Source of the DNA: Gekko japonicus | Taxonomy: Eukaryota | Length of the DNA stretch: 64,000 nucleotides | Assembly (NCBI RefSeq): GCF_001447785.1 | Contig: NW_015176011.1 | Coordinates: forward strand, 95,219 to 159,218 | Direction of reading: 5' to 3' | Shown here: positions 60,190 to 64,000 of the stretch, in pieces | Numbering within the stretch: the first letter of the stretch is position 1 | Layout: the number at the start of each line of letters is the position of its first letter | Notes under the pieces: generated by a model | Told to the model about the DNA's origin: nothing | Seen by the model: the letters and a program-made list of their open reading frames with translations, nothing else | The model's database searches: none | Position numbers and translations under genes: made by a program

Positions 60190-63100
60190 GCCCCGATCGC
60201 TTGCTACGACGGCCCTCCCTCGGCTCCCATTCTACACATGGCCCCCTTTGCCTCTGAACAAAGACACGGAAGGAACGGTTAGTCCTGCAAAGAACCGGTG
60301 GAGGGGTTATGCAGTGTTCCCAAGTGCCGCGGGAAAGTCAGATTGAGGAGGGGAAAGTGATCACATGATGGTTCTCAAAAGGAAGTGCACCTGAAAGACA
60401 CCTGGTGATTTGGGGAGAGGAACGGTGCTACACTAGAATGAGCTCTTGGTTCGGCCCACAAAAGGCCTGGTTTGGTGGCTGTCCCGTGTGATCGGCAGAA
60501 AGAGTCTGCAGGCTTGTGGAAAATAAGAGTCAGCGACTGACTGCCAGTGAGTCACATCCGACCTGCGCGACTCCAGCTGGCCCAGTCACTGAAGCCAATG
60601 TCATCTACTTGGCTTGCTTTCCAGACCCCTTTTCTGTTTCTCAGTTTGCTTCCCTTGTCCCGTTTTCCTATGCAACTAGGGTAGTGTCAGGGGCAAATTT
60701 CGCTCCCTTCCACAAAATTAGGAAATGCATACCACATACCACTGCCCGTTTTCCCATCTACTCTCGCTCAAAAGAGGCCACAGGGACTATATGGACGTTA
60801 GAATTGCCAATGTGCCCGAAGGAGGGACAGATTGGCTCACTTCCCACCCACCTGAAAAATGACATCACATTTGCTCCATTTCCCTACCCCAGTGGCAAGA
60901 CAAAGGTGATAATTGTACTACTTTGCTTCTCATGACTGCCTGGGATCTGTGGTCATCTAATCCCTTGGGGTTCTTTTAAATTCAGATCTTTCCAATATGA
61001 ATGGGAATTCACTGGAAACCAAGAAAATCTAGACCTGGGAAAGAAGAGCATCAGGAAAATGACATTTCATGCTTTTGGCATCCACAGATTCACTCAAAGC
61101 ACAACAGAAAGTTGGGGGGAAAGCCGAAAATCTTTCTTCTGTAGTACAACTGGAGAGGCAAGAAAAGGCGTGGAAGGAAGAGAATGGTTTCAGGGAGCAA
61201 GACGTGCAAAGTCTTTCCAACAAACACCAAGAACAACACGTCCTTCCTAGCGATAAAGCAATTGGTTCCCAAACTGCCAGGAGGACAAAGCCAAGTTCAC
61301 ATGCCAACATCTGGGAATACAAAGATAAGGCAGAGGAAGGGGTGGACATGTGGTTAACTACTTTGGTGTGGATTCCAAAGACAAAAAAGCACACTTTGCT
61401 TCTGCAACGGCCTCGGGTTACTCCAGAAGCAGTAGGGAAATGGTCATGACTTTCTCAGGGGTAAGTCTAGCCAAGAAAAAAACCATGTTCCTCTAGTACA
61501 GTTCTGGCCTCTCCCTCTGGAATCAAATGGCTAAGCATCCCTTGTACTGTAGGGGGCCCAAACCAGAGGGATCAAGAATCAGCACACATCAGTGCTAGAC
61601 AAGAGGCTTCCAAACAGGAAGCAGCGTTCAACTTGCAAGGATGTCATTTCCCCTCCCCAAGTTGGAATGCAGTCAAGACTCCAGCAGAGTCGGTGTGCTG
61701 GAGAGTATTCGGAAATCCACAGTTCCTTTCTGGCCACGAGGGTCCAAACCCCTTGCTTCAGCAGCAAACTCTCCTAGTAGCACACAGCCCCCCAATCCCA
61801 TGGTGGGCTACAGCCAGGCCTGATCCCCCACGTCACACCTGGGCTTTCTTGAGAGGTGTCCTGTCCTGACAAGAAGAATTATAGCGCAAAACTTGTATAT
61901 CGCAACGTCCCTCACAAATTCTATTAATATCACCAGCTTTGAAGTTCGCAAGTTTGTTCCAGACTGAATGTGGCTTAAAGGTCTGATAGGCTTCCTGTCG
62001 GCTCACAGGAAAGGAATTGTGGGCAGCCTCGTTTCGAAATGTACTACTGGTGTTCTTCAGCTCTGCATTCTCCATCGCTCCCTCTCATTCCAGCAGGGGA
62101 TCTCTGTAACTGAAACGAAGCCTGCCAGTTCTAAAACGGGAAACAGTGGTCCATTTCCCGCTCTCCTTTGTCTGTCAAATGCCAACCGATATGGAAATAA
62201 GCAAAGAATGGTGAGCACACGGAAGCAGCGTATGAGACAGTGTTCCGAGGGAATGCCTCACCACTGGGTGAAAGCAATAACCACTGGGTCCAGATCAGGA
62301 GGCACCTTTATGACCTATGGCTTGGTCTGTCCTCTCATCTTTGCTCTAGGGCTCAGCTTTCTTCTGAAAACTCAGGCTATTCTTGCTATTGGTGCACCAG
62401 AGCCTAACCATGTTTGGCTTTGAGAGCTTTGGCAATTATTTTAAAACGGAAGCTGCTGAAAACATCTTTTTTTGCACAAAAAGCACTAGTGAGATAGGAG
62501 AGTATGAGGAGAACACAAAGAACGCAGTGAACTGCTCTGAAAATCTTGCCAGTCCAAAGGAGTTCAAAGCTCCTGTAAATTATAAATCATCTCAGTACAA
62601 TTGCTCACTGAAAAGGAACAGCATAGAGAAAACTTTGTCCTTTTGATGATCCTTTCGATCACCCAGCCTCAAATGTGCCAAATTAAAGAGAGGGCCTTTT
62701 TGTCCCAATATCCTGACTTGTTAGACAAAAGAACCAGGAGGAGTTTTGTCACTGAGAGGCTGTTAAAATTCCCTTACAATTTTGGAGACCTGAGACAAAA
62801 AAGGCCTGTTTGGAAGCATAGGTTGGGAAGGATATGGGGATCCTTGCTGAGTTTAAGTTCTTTGAACTGAATGTTCCATCTTCTTGGTGCATTTGTCAGC
62901 AGTCAGAATGAAGGCCCATGTCCCTGGAGAATGGGCTATCCAATAACATCCTACATAATTCTACTGAGGTGGTCTGTTAAGGCACAGGAGCCCTAACAGG
63001 CAGAACTGAGAAATTTTTTTCCCACCCCACAGCTTCATTCTGTGAGAGGCTTCACCTGCTGAGTTTCTGTTAGCTATGCAACCGTTAAAGACCATTAAAG

Positions 63101-63379
63101 ACAGCGCCTTTGCAAAGGCAAACAGCAGCCTGGCTGATTCAGGCACAGAGAGGACATCTTTTCCTGGGTCCTTCTCCAATTCTCTGCTCTTCAGGTTGTC
63201 AGCTCCTGTTTAGGCTCATCCTTCCCCACCCCTTACAGAAAGACTGGGTGCTCAACAGCAATGTGCCAGGAAGAAATTCAACAGGTGAAACATTTCCTAA
63301 CAGCGAGGGGAGAAGCTGTGTCTTATTGAACGCCTGCCTGATACGCAGCAGAGAGGAGCCTAGCCAGGAAACGGGAGGA

Positions 63380-63948
63380 AATCCACCACCACCATCACCA
63401 CCGCCACCCCATTAGCGCTCGCCAGATGGCCCTTGACCCTCTTTCCCCCACGCCCGTGGGAAAGTCGCCATAGTAGCAGGCGAGCCCCACTCCCCACTAC
63501 GAGAGCTAAAGAGCAGCCCCCCTTTCCACCCACAGGAGAGACCCTTCCCATCCGAGCCACGCCCCCTACCCCGTCTGAGTTAATAGCCCAGCGCTGATGG
63601 GACGCAAAGGGGGAGCCCTCCGGCACTTTCCCCAACGAGTCCGTCTCCCCTCCCACCCTCAAGCTGGGCTCACAGAGCTCCTCTGAACCCACCCGCCCCC
63701 GGGCGGAACCGACCTGGCCCAGCGGCGCTAGCGGAACCCAGGAACACTTCAGTTGGGGGTTGGCCGGACACTTCCGGGAACGGACCGGAAGTCGCCGTTG
63801 TCCAGGAGACGCAGACCTAGGAGGAAGGCTGGGGGCTCGGGCGGAAGAGCAGGGGTTGCGCTTAAAGCCGGCGATAAACGGGGGCGCTTCCCTCCGTCCA
63901 CCGGCATCTCTCTCCCCCTTCGCCTCCTGGACGGTGCAGCGGACCGAG
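63380..63948. promoter_or_regulatory. CpG-island bidirectional promoter for CMC4/MTCP1 and BRCC3
   Basis: GC/CpG-rich; opposing ETS/GABPA-type sites ACTTCCGG (~63770) and CCGGAAGT (63785); GC boxes; candidate donor of the shared non-coding exon 1 CAG|GTCGGT at 63713 (minus, tentative). Confidence 0.8.
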
Positions 63949-64000
63949 ATGGCGGTGCAGGCCGCTCACTTGGAGGCGGACGCCTTCTTGGTGTGCCTGA
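63949..64000 (+). CDS. BRCC3: BRCA1/BRCA2-containing complex subunit 3 (BRCC36) exon 1, truncated by window end
   Basis: MAVQAAHLEADAFLVCL matches BRCC36 N-terminus; head-to-head with MTCP1/CMC4. Confidence 0.93.
   Translation, partial: MAVQAAHLEADAFLVCL

Noticed and set aside
59779-60282. 167-aa plus-strand ORF antisense to MTCP1
   Set aside because: Shadow ORF of GC-rich exons; no recognisable protein
61029-62870. ORFs of 120-150 aa in MTCP1/CMC4 intron 1
   Set aside because: No recognisable homology or consistent splice structure

Overview
Vertebrate genomic DNA, almost certainly a squamate reptile and probably a gecko (Sauria SINEs, Squam3-like tRNA SINEs and 5S-derived SINEs). It is a draft assembly with 8 N-gaps and several probable haplotype duplications. 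The window is the conserved F8-FUNDC2-CMC4/MTCP1-BRCC3 synteny block. It holds F8 exons 1-2 (minus), the complete 5-exon FUNDC2 (plus), CMC4 (2 coding exons, minus), MTCP1 (3 coding exons, minus, with a GC-AG intron) and the first codons of BRCC3 (plus) at a bidirectional CpG-island promoter. The rest is dense with SINEs, L2/CR1/L1/Penelope remnants, hAT MITEs with 8-bp TSDs, an ERV integrase remnant and a non-autonomous Helitron. The most unexpected element is a TE-free 2.8-kb minus-strand block between F8 and FUNDC2 (29.5-32.3 kb). It carries a signal-peptide exon and a relay of overlapping ORFs whose motifs resemble a decayed secreted AID/APOBEC-like deaminase (SNAD) gene. That assignment is by eye and needs a profile search.
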